64,000 bases of DNA from Fonticula alba ATCC 38817 (taxonomy: Eukaryota > Protista > Nucleariida): NCBI GenBank assembly GCA_000388065.2, contig KB932201.1; one strand, 5' to 3'. The notes under the pieces were generated by a model. It ran no database searches, was not told the origin of the DNA, and saw nothing but the letters and a program-made list of their open reading frames with translations. Shown piece by piece: positions 47,924 to 60,800 of the stretch (positions within the stretch are counted from its first letter, which is position 1; each line of letters starts with the position of its first letter). The position numbers and the translations under genes were made by a program.

Positions 47924-49372
47924 TGGCGGCACCCTGGCGTCCGACGCGCCTTCCCTTGTCCTTCTTGCCGTCGTCGCTGTGTTATGCCCGCTGCCGCCTC
48001 CCCCCCCCATTCCTTCTCCACCTGTCCATCTGGGCCCGCCGGTCGGGCTTTGGCGCTTCATCGCATCACGTCAATGGGTGCCTGGGTGTGGATACGCACA
48101 TGCACACGCCCATGCGCGGCTACATGGTCCTTCTCCTTTCCTTCCGGATGTATATGTGTCTCTGGACATTCGGCAGAGAGAGGGACAGAGAAAGGGACAT
48201 GATAGCGCCGAATGGAGGAAATTCGAACAGCCATGCTCCCTGAAGCATGGCCTCATCCCTTCGCCCGTGCAGTCTGTGCCGGAGATGCCTCATAACTTGC
48301 ATCTGGGCACGGACGTGTGGGGTCGATTAGCCCGTGGTGTTTCTCTTCGCGCCTGCCTCCCCCCCCCCACCCCCCCTCTGCCGCACATGCGGGCTCCTCT
48401 ACACATCCTCCTCCCCCTTCCCCCCCCTTTCCCTTGCCTCGCTCAAGCTGTACTTTTATTGCGGCTCTGGCGCGCGCGTGGCCCCCGGCCACTGTTGCGA
48501 TCGTCATGTCCCGCCCCTTCTCTTCGAGCTCTGGCCCCCCCCCCCTCCCTCCTGGTCTTGCGCGCGTGCCCTGCCGCGCACAGGTGCCCATCCCTCCCCC
48601 ACCTCCATGTTCCTCGTGTTTAGATCCATGTAATACACACGAGATGCCAACGCACATTGAGCCCCGCCTGTTTTCCTCCCCGCCGCCGCCGTGCCTCCGT
48701 CGTCTTTGCTGCGTCGGCCATCGGGGATGCCTCATTCGCCGTGGGGGGGGGGGGGGGGGNNNNNNNNNNNNNNNNNNNNNNNNNNNNNNNNNNNNNNNNN
48801 NNNNNNNNNNNNNNNNNNNNNNNNNNNNNNNNNNNNNNNNNNNNNNNNNNNNNNNNNNNNNNNNNNNNNNNNNNNNNNNNNNNNNNNNNNNNNNNNNNNN
48901 NNNNNNNNNNNNNNNNNNNNNNNNNNNNNNNNNNNNNNNNNNNNNNNNNNNNNNNNNNNNNNNNNNNNNNNNNNNNNNNNNNNNNNNNNNNNNNNNNNNN
49001 NNNNNNNNNNNNNNNNNNNNNNNNNNNNNNNNNNNNNNNNNNNNNNNNNNNNNNNNNNNNNNNNNNNNNNNNNNNNNNNNNNNNNNNNNGGGGGGGGGGG
49101 ACGGGCAAGTGTGTATGTGGATGCATATGTACATATGGATGTGTGTGCGCGTGTGTGCGCGTGTGTGCGCGTGCCTTGCCTTCGTTGGTGGCGAGGCCAT
49201 CTACCCTGCGCGCGATCGGCCATTCGTCTGTCGCTCCCTTCCTTTCCTCCGCCCTCCCCCTCTTTGTGGTGGCAGCCGATTTTTTTTTGGCATTTTTCTC
49301 GGAGCCGCCTGTAGACAGCTCGCCACCGGGTCAAAGGCAGACCCACCCCTCTCAACTAGTCCCCCCCCCCCC

Positions 49373-49415
<43 letters not shown>

Positions 49416-49498
49416 CCAAGTTCTCCTGTCTCCCCTCCTCCGTCCCCCCTGCCCCTGCTTGCGCTTTCTTCCCACATCTTCGCGCCGGTCTGGCCAAG

Positions 49499-52400
49499 AT
49501 GGACCCGCTTTCTGCTGGGTTTGGCTCCTTCAGGCCGCGGGCTGCTGCTGCTGCTGCTGCGGCGGCGGCGGCCACGACAGATGCCGAGTCCTCAGCACCG
49601 GTCGACCAGGCTAATCCTCAACCTGGAGGCTCATCGCACAGCCGGGAGGTGGTCCCCTTCCAAGGGACCCGATCTCCCAGCCCGTCAGGCCGACGCCCTC
49701 GACGCGGCCGGGGCTCGGCGCACTCGCATAGTCGCTCACGCAGCCACTCGCGCAGCCGTTCACGTAGCCGTTCACGAGGCCGGGATCGGCGCCGGCGCCA
49801 CCGGCGCGATCGATCCCCCGATAGAGCTGACCGGCGTCGGCGCCGACACCGATCGACCTCCCCCGCATCGGGGTCCACCTGCGATCGGCTCCTTGATGCC
49901 CTGTCCTCTGAGGACGTCCGGATGATTGTGGCCAGCTCCGGGTCCGGGACCGGGGCGGCGGCATCTCGCAGTCGGCACCATCCTCGCCGGCGGCGCTCCA
50001 TCTCGTCCCCCTCGACCGAGCGGCCTTGGCTGGCGCCGACTGCCGGCACCGAGGGCGACGGCTTCCTCGTAGACCCTCGGGGAGATGTGTCACTCCTTCG
50101 CCGGCAATCTTTGCTCATTCCCCCGACTGGGGCGTCGGCTGCCAGTGGCGGGCCCCTGCCACCGCACTATTACCGGGTGGATGCATCCGCGGTGGCGTCA
50201 GCCCCGGTGTCCGGGGCTGCTGGTGCGTTCCTGGCGCCTTCTTGTCCCTGGATTGTCCCTCGTCCTTTTTTCTTCTTCTTCCCAGCCCCCTCTCCCCCTC
50301 TTCCCCTTCCTCTCTTCCTGTCTCCGGCGCCTTGCCCTCTGCCCCCGGCCGCCATCGCTGATTCCCTTTCAATACCCTCCTGGGGCTTGGTCTGGCCATC
50401 ATGTGCCGATTGCCATTTGCCTGCACGGCCTGCCTGCTGCTGCCTGCCCTGCCGGGCATCATCGCACGCAGCCAGCGTGCTGGGCTTGCCCCAAGAATGG
50501 GAGGCATCCTTCTCGCGAGCTAGCCGCCGTGGCCGTCCGGAGCCCGATTCCGAACTTGTCAACCCCCGCCTCCCGTGCGTGTCACCGAACTGTGTGGCCG
50601 ATTATTCTTCCTGTCTCGCTGTTTCGCTGTTTCGCTGTTTCGCTGTTTCGCTGTTTCGCTGTTTCGCTGTTTCGCTGTTTCGCTGTTTCGCTGTTTCGCT
50701 GTTTCGCTGTTTCGCTGTTTCGCTGTTTCGCTGTTTCGCTGCGCCGCCGTTTCGCTGTTTCGCTGTTTCTCTGCGCCTTCCTGCTTGCCTGCCTGCCGGG
50801 CTGCTCGCTCACATTGTGCCCCCCCTTTCACTGCCCGAACGCCGCATGTTTCAGTCCCGCCTGGCTACCAATTTCCGACCACCCACCTCCCCTACTGACG
50901 GTTCTGCCCAAACCAAGCAGCTGGTCTGCTCGGGGGGATCCGTTGTTGTTGCTGCGCGAGGCAGGATCTCGGGCTCGGCCGTCGGCCCCCGGCACCAAGG
51001 CCGAGCCGGAGGCGGGTCGGCGCAATGCCACGCACACGGCCGACACATTGGCCGTTGTGCGGGAGGCAGGCCTGGTCCGGATGCTGTATGCTCATGTGTC
51101 AGCTCGATCGCCTTGCGAGCTGGGCAGCCAGAGCGTCTGGCCATCGGACCTGCTGCTGGTACAGGCCTTGCGCCTTCAAGCGGCCGAGGCGGCCGGCCAC
51201 CAGGCCAGCATGGCCACCCCCGGTCCGGACCCGGCTGATGGCTCCTTCATCCCGGTGGGCCAGGAGCCGGAGGGCTCGCGCGACGTGTCCACCTCCGAGG
51301 TAGACCCGGCCGAGGGTCCGGCCGATCTGGCGGAGCAAGTGGCCTCCCGAGTGGGCGCGGCTTTCCGCCTGCTGCGAGATGACCCGCTGGCCGCGGACCG
51401 GTGGCTGGAGCTTGCAGCCCTGCGGGGCCTACAGCTGGCCCTGGCTTTTTTACCGACCGGACGGCCGCTCACTCGGCGGCGGGTGGCCCGGGCCCGGCGG
51501 GCCGCGGCCGAAGCCCTGGCCGATGTTCTGGGGCTGGGGCTGGCGCGTGCACGCGGCCGCCTGGCCGAGCGTCTATCTGGTCATGCACTGAGTGGAATGT
51601 CCACCCGGCCCTTGGCCCATGTGCGGGCCCAGTTGTCCGGGGACTGGGGACACCTGTGGCGCGTGGCCGCGCGAACCATTCAGTGCCTCTACGAGGGCAC
51701 CCGCCCGGCTGAGGGGCTCAACCGGCTGTCCGGCCTGAGCGCCGGGGTGGTGAATATGGCCCTGGCTCCATGGGCCGAGCGTCTTCGACTTGAGGCCATG
51801 CGCGGGTCTGGGGCCGACCGGCGCCGCGCCGCGGCCCTGGTGCAAATGCATCTTCTCGGGGATCCGGAGGTGGTGCAGGCCGCCTTCCTGGCCAGTCAGG
51901 AAGCCCTGGCCACCGGGACCACCGGCCTTGGCCGGACATTGTGGCAGCAGCTCCACCTGGCGGTGGAGCTGGGCAGCTTGGCTGGCGAGTCGGCCGCTCT
52001 CGCGGCCGGGTCGCGTCCGGCGCCTGCCCCCCCCGGCGGGGCCTTTCCCCAGCCGGAGCACCTCTTCCGGCTGGTGGCCTGGCTGCAGGCGGCCGGCCGG
52101 ACGGCCCGAACGGCCGACGAAGCCGGATACTCCGAACGCGCACTCACCCTGGCGGTGTGTGGATTGTCGTGGCTGCTGGGGGCCCCGGAGCGGCTGGAGC
52201 TTGCGGGGCATTTGCCCGTCGCCCGGTGGCTGTTTTATGGCCGACGTGCGGATCGCGCTTCACTTGGCGCCGGGCCGGCCCTCCACACCCTGGAGACCGG
52301 GGTCTCGGTGCCCGATGACGCTTTCGACGCGGAAATCGACCACCGGCTGGACATGCTCGAGGGGTCCGAGCCACTCGAGCCACAGCAGCAGCAGCAGCAG

Positions 52401-53209
52401 CAGCAGCAACCACTCCTGCATCCGGACGTGGGGGACTTCTCGGACATGCAGTTCCGCGGGCGCTTCACCCAGGCGGCCCTCACGTCGCGGATTTGGGCCA
52501 GCTGGTTCCTGACGGAAACCCAGCGTGCGGCACACCTGTGGCGGCCGCTCATGGACCTGCCGGCCCCGGGGCCGGATGGCTCGACGCCCGGGCTTCCGAC
52601 ATACGACCCGGCGCGCGTGGTCCTGGCGGCGGACTTGCGTCCGGCCGGGCCCGGGGCCTTTGGGCTTGGGCCGGCCGCCGGGCGGGAGGCTGCCGGGCCG
52701 GTCCGCGCCGCCGGGGTGCGAGCCCTCCTGGGGCTGTGCCTGTCCCTGGCCGGAGTGCCGCATGGGCCGACGCTGGCTGGCGGCCACCGAGCCTGGTCCG
52801 AGTGCATGCGGCAGCCAGGGGCCGAGGCCAGCGGGGCGACGGACGCCTTTGGCCGGTTTTCCCCGGGCCCCGGGGGCGCTGGCGATCGGGCGCCCCTCTT
52901 CGAGTGGCACCTCGCCGAGGCCGCCGACCCGGAAGCCGTGGCAACGCAAGCCGGTGCATTGGTTCTGCCAGCGGGTCTGGCTGCGACTCTCCCCTCGGTG
53001 GCATTGTCCTGCATGGCCTGTGCCGGGACTGGGCCCCATGCGCCTGGCAGCGTGTCCTGCGTGTGCGGTGCCACTCCTGCCGCGGCCGAGTGGGCGCTAG
53101 ACCGCGTCCTCGGCCGGGCGCTTGGAGGTCCCTCGGCTGCCGTTTCAGGGCCAATCTTTGGCCCAATTGGCCTGGCTGAGCGCGCGGATTTCCTTGAGTG
53201 CGTCTCTTG

Positions 53210-53296
<87 letters not shown>

Positions 53297-53341
53297 NNNN
53301 NNNNNNNNNNNNNNNNNNNNNNNNNNNNNNNNNNNNNNNNN

Positions 53342-53418
<77 letters not shown>

Positions 53419-54091
53419 GCACACGGGTGTGCCTCCCCTCTCCATGTGTCTCTTTCCGCCCTGCCTTCCCACGCATCTTCCTTTGTCCCTTTCATCAGCG
53501 CTGTCCACCAATTAGCTGCCTCTAATGGTTATGTCCCCCCTCCCACTTACTCGGTCATTCTCCTGGATGTGCACTTTCTTCAACAAAAAGACGCCTCTTG
53601 TCGAAGGCTCTGTTTGACACATCAGCCGGGCCGAGTGGCGAGCGGGCCTTCCGTAGCCAGTTTGGCGAAGACCACGCTGAAAGCCGGCTTTCGGCCGAGG
53701 TAACCCTTCTCCGGCTCTGCTTGGCTTTGGTCCGGGCTTCGGAAGTCGAGGCCACGAGTGACTTATTGACCATGGCTCACGCGCAGCTTGAGGCTCTCCA
53801 GCTCCAAATGCGCGACCAGCCCTTCGCCAACCGCCTCCTCTGGCGGTCGGTGGCCCGGTTACGGGCACTCCCCCCAGCAGCCAACGCCACAGCCACGGTC
53901 TTGCAGCAGCGTGTTGACCTGGCCGCGAAGCTACTCCAAACCGTGGGACAACGTTACGCTGGTGATCGAGACCCGGCTTCGGCCTGGATGGCCAGCCTCT
54001 CCGAGAGCCGCCTGGCATGCGAGCTGTGGCTTGCTTCATCGGCGTCCAGCGAGTCGCGCGTCCTGCGCAAGGTTCTTGGTGCGTGCCTGTC

Positions 54092-54177
<86 letters not shown>

Positions 54178-56264
54178 GCTCTCTGTCCATTCTCCCTCGC
54201 CCCTCTCTCTCTCCCTGCCTTCCCTCTTGGCCTTTCCCTCTCTGCCCGCTCCATCCCACTCTTTGTACCCGGGAGCCGGCTTCCATGGCGGCTGACCGCC
54301 CCCCTCCCCCCTCCACTCCCCCTGGCTAACCCGCCCCGTCGTCCGCTCATGCCTTTTGGTGGGAACGCCAAAAAGAAATTGTCCAGCTCCCCGGCCTCGC
54401 TGGAGCGCTGAGCACCCTGCAGCGGGACTTGGACCGGGGTTCTGCCACCTCCAGCCCCCTGGACCCCCACTTGGGGGCACTTCTCCTGTATTTCACATTC
54501 TGTGCGGCTGCCCAGCGCGGCGACCGGCTGGGGGCCGTCCGCCGGGTGTGTGTCACCGTTGTGGCCATGGCCCGGTCGGCGCTCGGCTGTCTGGCCGCCC
54601 CTGGCGTCAGTCGTACGGACGCCGCACACTCGATGGCCGGCCTGCTTGGCACCGTCCTGGCACCGGTTGAGCGGCTGTTGCATTTCTTCCGGCGTACAGC
54701 CGGCAGCCGGCCGGCCGGCCAGGCCACCCTCACTGCCGGGCATGATGGCAGCAGTGGCGCCGACGGTGTCCGGGAGGGCAGCGATGTCGATGCCGATCTC
54801 AGCCAGGCTCCCCCGGGGCACCTGGTGGCCGCGGTCCGGCGCATGTGCCAGCGCCTGACGGGGCTATGCGCACAGGCCCTGGCCGCTGGCGACTCGGCCG
54901 CCCTCGGCGCTACTCCTCGCTGGGCCGGCCTGCCTTTGATGACCCCCCCGCTGCCGGAGAGCCAGGGTGCGGGCTTTTCCGTGCGCTGGCTCGGCCCGGA
55001 GGGCGGCTTTGTCATCGGGTGCGTGACGATGCCCCCCCTCCCCTCGGTGGGGATGGGCCGCTCGTCTGCCCACCTATTCAAGCTTCCTGACCCCCCTTTG
55101 CTGCCCCTGCTGACGCGCCTCCTCCCTGTCTTGCTCCCCCCCCCCCCCGGGTCTCCTTCTCTTCTCCCCTCCCTCGTCATGCCTTCCCTTCTCGCCGGTC
55201 AGCCGGCCGACCTTCACAGCACTCGTGGAGGCGGTTGGCTCGGACGACATGCGTCACACGACCCGCCGGTTGGCAGCCCTGCTGGCCGACCCGGCGGCCA
55301 CGGCGGCCCTCACGCGCGAAGTCTTCGCCCGGGTGTACAACACGCGCGTTGTCTCGCGTTTCGAAGCCTGCCTCTCGGCATCTTCGTACGTCCAGAGCAT
55401 GCATGACTGGCCAACCTCTCGCTCTTCATGTGGGCTCTGCCTCGCTCGCCCTCCTTCACACCCTAACCGATGCCATCCATTTCGACACCGTCACCGCTGC
55501 TGCCGGTCCCCCCCCCCCTCCCCTCCCCCGGCCCGGGCGAAAACAAACAGAACCACGCCCCTGGTGTGGCATTTGTACTTGCTTTGGGTGCGCGCGGCCG
55601 CCATGGTTGAACGTGCCATTGGGGCCCGGTTCCCCTCGGCCCTGGCCGCCACGTCGGTCGGGGCTCAGGCCAGCCGTGAGGCTCGTCTTCGAGCCTCGCG
55701 TCTGCAAAGCCTCGACAGGCAGTGGCGTGCCCGAGCCGAGGGGGTTTTCTACAGCGCCCTCCGGCAGTGCGGCCGGTCCAAAAGTGCGTTCCCCCTCCCC
55801 TCACCTCTCCCCTTGGCTGTTTTCCCCAAGCTCTTTCTCCCTCGGGCGGGCAATTCCCCCGGGCCTGGGCCTCTCGCCTGCTCCCGCTTTTCCCTCGCTC
55901 CCGGGTCTGACTCTCCATCCGCACTGGCGGTGTAGCCATCCTCATGCATGCTTTCGGTGCCGGGCTCTTTGAGAGCCTGGATGACAGTGCCCTGCTGGCG
56001 GTGTACTCGCTGCTGAGCGCCGCGGAGCAGGACCGCGATGACCGAGCTCTGCTTGGAGATCGGGTTGTCGACGAGGCCCGGAAGGTGTTCACTCGTGATG
56101 GGGGATCCTTCCCCCTGCCCTCGGCAAGTGAGGCCCCATCTCCGGCCGATCGACTCCCAGATGGCGATCCCTTTGGTGGGGATGCCTGGTGGGGCTTCCG
56201 CCTGCGGGCAACGTACCAGGAGGTTGGCCGACTCTTTGGCGAGGCAGACGAGTCTGCCGGATGA
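49499..56264 (+). CDS. NRDE2: NRDE2-like nuclear RNA-processing HAT/TPR-type protein, ~1681 aa, with an N-terminal RS-rich region; exons 49499-50222, 50472-50574, 50855-53197, 53591-54078, 54376-55018, 55203-55385, 55551-55783, 55936-56264
   Basis: Motifs matching the NRDE2 family, in the expected order: FLVDPRGD..HYYR, EAGYSERALTL, RIWASWFLTETQRAAHLWRPL, YDPARVVLAADL, TPLVWHLYLLW, VFYSALRQCGRSK. Exons sum to 5046 nt, a multiple of 3. Two acceptors are AAG. Confidence 0.8.
50613..50770 (+). repeat. Intronic 8-nt tandem repeat (GTTTCGCT)n, 15 perfect copies at 50621-50740 plus 2 more after an interruption
   Basis: Read directly from the sequence; lies in NRDE2 intron 2. Confidence 0.95.
53211..53412 (+). 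repeat. Intronic (GT)n microsatellite spanning a 45-N gap
   Basis: Read directly; NRDE2 intron 3. Confidence 0.95.
54092..54175 (+). repeat. Intronic (GGCT)21 tetranucleotide repeat
   Basis: Read directly; NRDE2 intron 4. Confidence 0.95.
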
Positions 56265-57831
56265 GGCATGGTCTCTGTGTCTCCTGCCCTGTTGGAGGAA
56301 TTCCTCTGCGCGCCTGTACACGCCATCTCCAGTCTGTAGTGTGTGTGTGCGCGTGTTAGGCGGGGGTGGATGGCGAAGGCACACATGCATCCCATCACAA
56401 GCACACAAACCCAAACACTGGCAAACAGGCACACCGGGAAAGACCCTGGCTGAGGTCCCCTCCCTCCCGCCTGTGCACAAATAGAGTGATAGATATTTCG
56501 CCTCGACCACTCGGCTCCGGGACCCTGGTGGGGGGTGCCCTCTCTTTGGCCCACAATCCACATTCCTGCCCCGATGGCATAACTTGTGGGGAGAACACCC
56601 TCGAGGGGTAATGCCCAACGTCAATAGCCAGCCTTGGGATCCGCGAGAGGTTGCCAACGGATTGCGGAATCACGAGAACATACTTGTGTTTCGGGTCCAG
56701 TGGTGGTTTCTGTGCGCGCTCTTTCCCGAGGATGGGCGGGAACACGGCGGCTGAGTGTGCCTGTGCTGCTCCCCCGCCGTGCGCGCGGACATCGGCGTGA
56801 GAGGGGCAGCCCGGTATGACATTTCCCCGATGGCCGTGTGTAGTCGTCCCTCTGCTCTCATGTAGCACACTTCCCGGCGGGCTGGCCCGGTGGGTTGTCC
56901 TCTGTCCGTCAGATGTGCGCGCGCGCGCGCAAAGAGCAGGGGGGGGGGGCGGTGCCGGACCGGGAGATGCAGGACCTGTGGAGCGCGTGAGCGTCGATCT
57001 GCCCATGGTCCTGGCGTCTCGGTTCGGGGTCATTGACCGCCTGGATCCCCCGCCCAACCGCCACCAGGGCATGGCTTTCTCCCCCCCCCCCCCCCCCCTG
57101 GGAGGGGGATATGTGTCTCGAGGGGGGGACGGCCGAACGGCGGCCGGAACCGGCCCGGCGCGCCGGCCGAGCAGTCCGGCGGTGGTGTTAGCCGCGTAAC
57201 GTCGGCTGGCGCTGGCACTTGGGCGGCAATTGTTTGTGGCCAGGTGCAGTTTCTCGCGGGCGCGGGCGCGAGCGCGGGCGTGGGCGCTCCCCCGCGCGCC
57301 AGGACCCCGCCCTACTTCTCTGTATGTGTCTTTCTCCCAGTGCCCGCCCAGGGTCTCTCTCTCCCTCTCTTGCGGGCAGCCCTCCGCTATCGCGCGAGTG
57401 TATCGCTGGCACACGCGCACGCGCCGGCGCGGGAGGGATTTGAAACGCATCGGACCTAAGCTCAAGGGCACCGGCTGGGATCTAGCGCCACTCCCTGTCC
57501 CCTCCCCCCCCTCCCCCTCCCTCTCTTTCTTCGTCTTCCGTTCTCCCGTCCTCCCCTTCTCCCTTCCTCCGGCCTCCTTTCAAGTTCTCCTTCCTTTTTC
57601 CTTGTCCGTCGCCGCGAGGGATCGGCGCTGCTCCGCCTTCATCCTCCGTTCCCCTCCTACTTTCCTCCCCTCCCNNNNNNNNNNNNNNNNNNNNNNNNNN
57701 NNNNNNNNNNNNNNNNNNNNNNNNNNNNNNNNNNNNNNNNNNNNNNNNNNNNNNNNNNNNNNCCCCCCTACCCCACCCCACCTCCCGGTGTGTGTGGCTA
57801 TGCCGGCTGCCGTTGCCCTCGGCCACCCATA

Positions 57832-60800
57832 ATGCCACCCCCCCTGTCGGATGGCCCGAAGCCACCTCCGGCGGCTCCAGCCCCCGGGGAAGATGCAGCC
57901 CCTGCCTCGAACCCAACCGCGCCGGTCACCACGCCGACTCGGCCCGGACGCTTTCCCCCCTTTCATGGGGCCTTCTCGCCCCACACCCCTGGGCGAGCGG
58001 CGTCCCTGGCGGCCGCTTCACCGGGCGCCTCGTCCCCCACTTCGGAGCTGATTTCCTCGCTGTCATTGAGCCAGCCGCGCATGGTCGCTGCCCTTCCCGG
58101 TGAGGCCGGAGCCGCTGACGATCTGTCGGCCACGTCAGCATCTGCCTTGACACCGACACGCGCCGGGCTCCTCGGCTCATCTACAAACGCGGGCCCGGGG
58201 AACTTCTCGCCATCCCCCCAGCCAAAGGCCACCGGACCCGGCGCTGCCTCACCATTGAGTCCCGGGTCGGCATCGGCATCGGCATCGGCATCGGCATCGG
58301 CATCGGCATCGGCATCGGCGCCGGCTGGACGCGCGCGTCACCAGTCTCCCACGCCCCGTGTGCCTCCCTCTCCGCAAGCGGCGGCCACCACCCTGAGCCC
58401 GACCACGCCCAACACCCCGGCCATGCTTTCAGCTGTCGTGCCGGCCGAGGGGCCTGCCACCTTGGCCTCTGATCCGGCCAGGTCGACCGGCGACCCCGTC
58501 ACCAGAGGGGACTCCGTCGACGGCCCCGGCGCCGGCACAACCCCCGCCCCTGCCAATGGCCTGGCCACCGGGCCCGGGGCCGACATGTCGGCAGAATGTG
58601 CTCCCTCAGGTGGTCAACTGCCCGTGCCAGCTCCTCTGGTTGCTCCCGGCCCGGAGGACCCGCTTGTACTGGGTCTCCAGCAGGCCACGCTCCGGGGACC
58701 GGGCCCACGTCCGAGTCTCAAGGACCTGGCTGATCCGGATCTTCGGGATATGCCCCCAGCGTGGGGCGGCGCGCTGGCCTTCCAAGGCCCGCTCGGGGTG
58801 GCCCTGCCATTGGAATGCCATCCCGACTCGGCGATCCTCCGTGGGACCCATCCCTGGGCCGGGCTGCTGCTGTCCCGGCCGGTCCCATTGGCGGCCCTGC
58901 CGGTCGGGAGCCCGGGCTCGGGCCCGGCATTTGGTGTCAGCCTCACGGACGGGACGATGCTTGACTTGGTGGACGCAGCACCGGCCAATGAGGCCGCCAT
59001 CCTGTGTGGCCTCTCTGCCCCGCTTGAGTACCCGCCCTATCTGCTTCTTGATGGGCTGGCCTCTGGCGATGATGGGTCCGAGGAGGAAGAGGATGAGGAG
59101 GAGGAGGAGGAGAAGGAACGGGAAAGCCCGGGTGCCGGTGATGTCGGTGATGGCGAGGGCGCCGGCAGCGTGGCGCCCGACGGCCTGGCAGTATCGTCGC
59201 CCGGAGCAGCCGACTCCTCATCTCGCAAGACCCCCCCCCCCGAGGAGCTGTCTATCAAGTTGGAATCCGCTGTTGCGGAGGACTTCAGCGACGACACATT
59301 TGAGACCCCCTCGCCTCCCTCTTCGCCTGTGCGTCCACACATGACCTTCTTTGCTGCGACTGCCCCTGCCTCCCTTGCCCCATGGAACCGACCGACTGAC
59401 CTGTGCCCGGCGATAGCAACGAACGGTGGTCGCACGTTCGGACCCCCCTGTTGACTCTCCCAAGTCCCGCCAGCCGGGCACCCCGGGTCGCGGATCGCCG
59501 GCTGTGACCCCGGCCCGGTTGCCCCGGCCCAACGCAGGTGCCGAGACCGCCCCCGGTCCGCTGGTTACCCTGCGTTTTGGCTCCGGGGAGTCGACCGTTG
59601 CCGCCAGGGCGCCTGCCCAGGGGCCGGTGGCCGCCGTTTCGTCGGCTCCGGCCGGGCCACCGGCCGGGGCAAGTTCCCTGCCCTTCCGCCATTTGTGGTC
59701 GCTCATCGGCCACCGGGTGTCGCATGGCGGGGAGGAAATTGTCCCGCTTTCGGATGTCCCATTCAGTTTGGAGGAGCCGGCCGCCAACCGGAGCTCAAGT
59801 GTTCCGGCGGCGTCCAGCGTCGGCGATGCTCCGGACTCCAAGCAGCGGAGCCCGGCGCCCGCGGGGCCGGCCACGGAGGATGCCTCCGTGGCGTCGCCGG
59901 CGGCAGAACTCCAATCGCGCCTGGAATCCACCTCCTTCCCGCCCCTTTTGCGAGCCCTCTCTGGGCCCTTCTCTTTGGAGGGCGCATCGACCGAGCTCAG
60001 CCAGAGTATCGAAAGCACGGTTGTCTTGTCAGAGGAGTTCCCACGCGATCGGCTGGATGTGGAGCAAGTTTTCCAGGTCCGTTCGTGGTCCGCCGCCCCC
60101 TTCTGCTGTGTGTGTGTGTGTGTGTGTGTTTGCCCGTGCGATTGACCTGTTCCTCTCTGTCTCTCTGTGTCTGCTCCCTCTGCCTCTTTTCCCGCCTGTC
60201 CTTCTCTCCTGGCTGTGCTCGCAGCTCCTGAATGCCATCCGGCCGCCGCCCAAGTCCCGATGGGATAGTCCTGACAGACTGAATCAAGCGGAGCTCTACG
60301 ATCGCTTTGAATATGTGCGGCGCCCTTCCTCGCCTCGGCCCTGCCCCTCTTCTGCAGCCTGCCCGCTGGGCCTTTTCCCTGACAGTCTCCCGATGTCCCT
60401 TGGGCGGTCTTGCCCGCCCCCCCTCCCCCCCCCCCCCCGCTCTTCTCGGTCATGTATGTAGATCATCCATAGCCTCCAGAACAGCGGCCACGCCAAGTAC
60501 TTCGCCAAGCCGGTCAGCCGAAAGGAGTATCCGAACTACCACGAGCTCATCCGGAATCCCGTGGATCTGAGCACCATCAACCGGCGCATCGTCAACCGCA
60601 GCTACCTGTCCAAGCGCCAGTTTTGCGACGATGTGGAGCTGATCTTCACCAATTGCGAAACCTTCAACGGCACCGACCACTCGCGGGAGGTGGTGCGCGA
60701 TGCCTTTGCCCTGCGCAAGCGGTGGGAGCAACTGAAGGGCGATATCCCCGATCTGGAGATCATTGAGCGGTCTGCTGAGCCGGAGCGTTTCCAAGGTACT

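Larger units (their letters stand above)
9191..57762. other. Eleven assembly gaps: 9191-9200, 11283-11362, 13595-13692, 19729-19738, 32930-33039, 35290-35416, 39627-39636, 45855-46215, 48760-49089, 53297-53341, 57675-57762
   Basis: N runs read directly. Most abut homopolymer, microsatellite or purine/pyrimidine tracts. None falls inside a modelled exon. Confidence 0.97.

Noticed and set aside
5903-50471. Several introns are 3n in length and stop-free (5903-6073, 18874-19026, 25267-25509, 30556-30672, 37863-37970, 41538-41669, 50223-50471)
   Set aside because: About one third of introns are 3n by chance and stops are scarce at this GC content. There is no evidence of regulated retention without RNA data.
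50613-50770. Regular short repeat as a possible CRISPR array
   Set aside because: Head-to-tail 8-mers with no spacers, in a eukaryotic intron, with no cas genes.
56560-56720. More balanced-composition stretch with a short palindrome (CCCTCGAGGG) as a possible ncRNA
   Set aside because: No recognisable snRNA, snoRNA, RNase P or MRP motif. It may simply be the NRDE2 3' UTR or downstream sequence.
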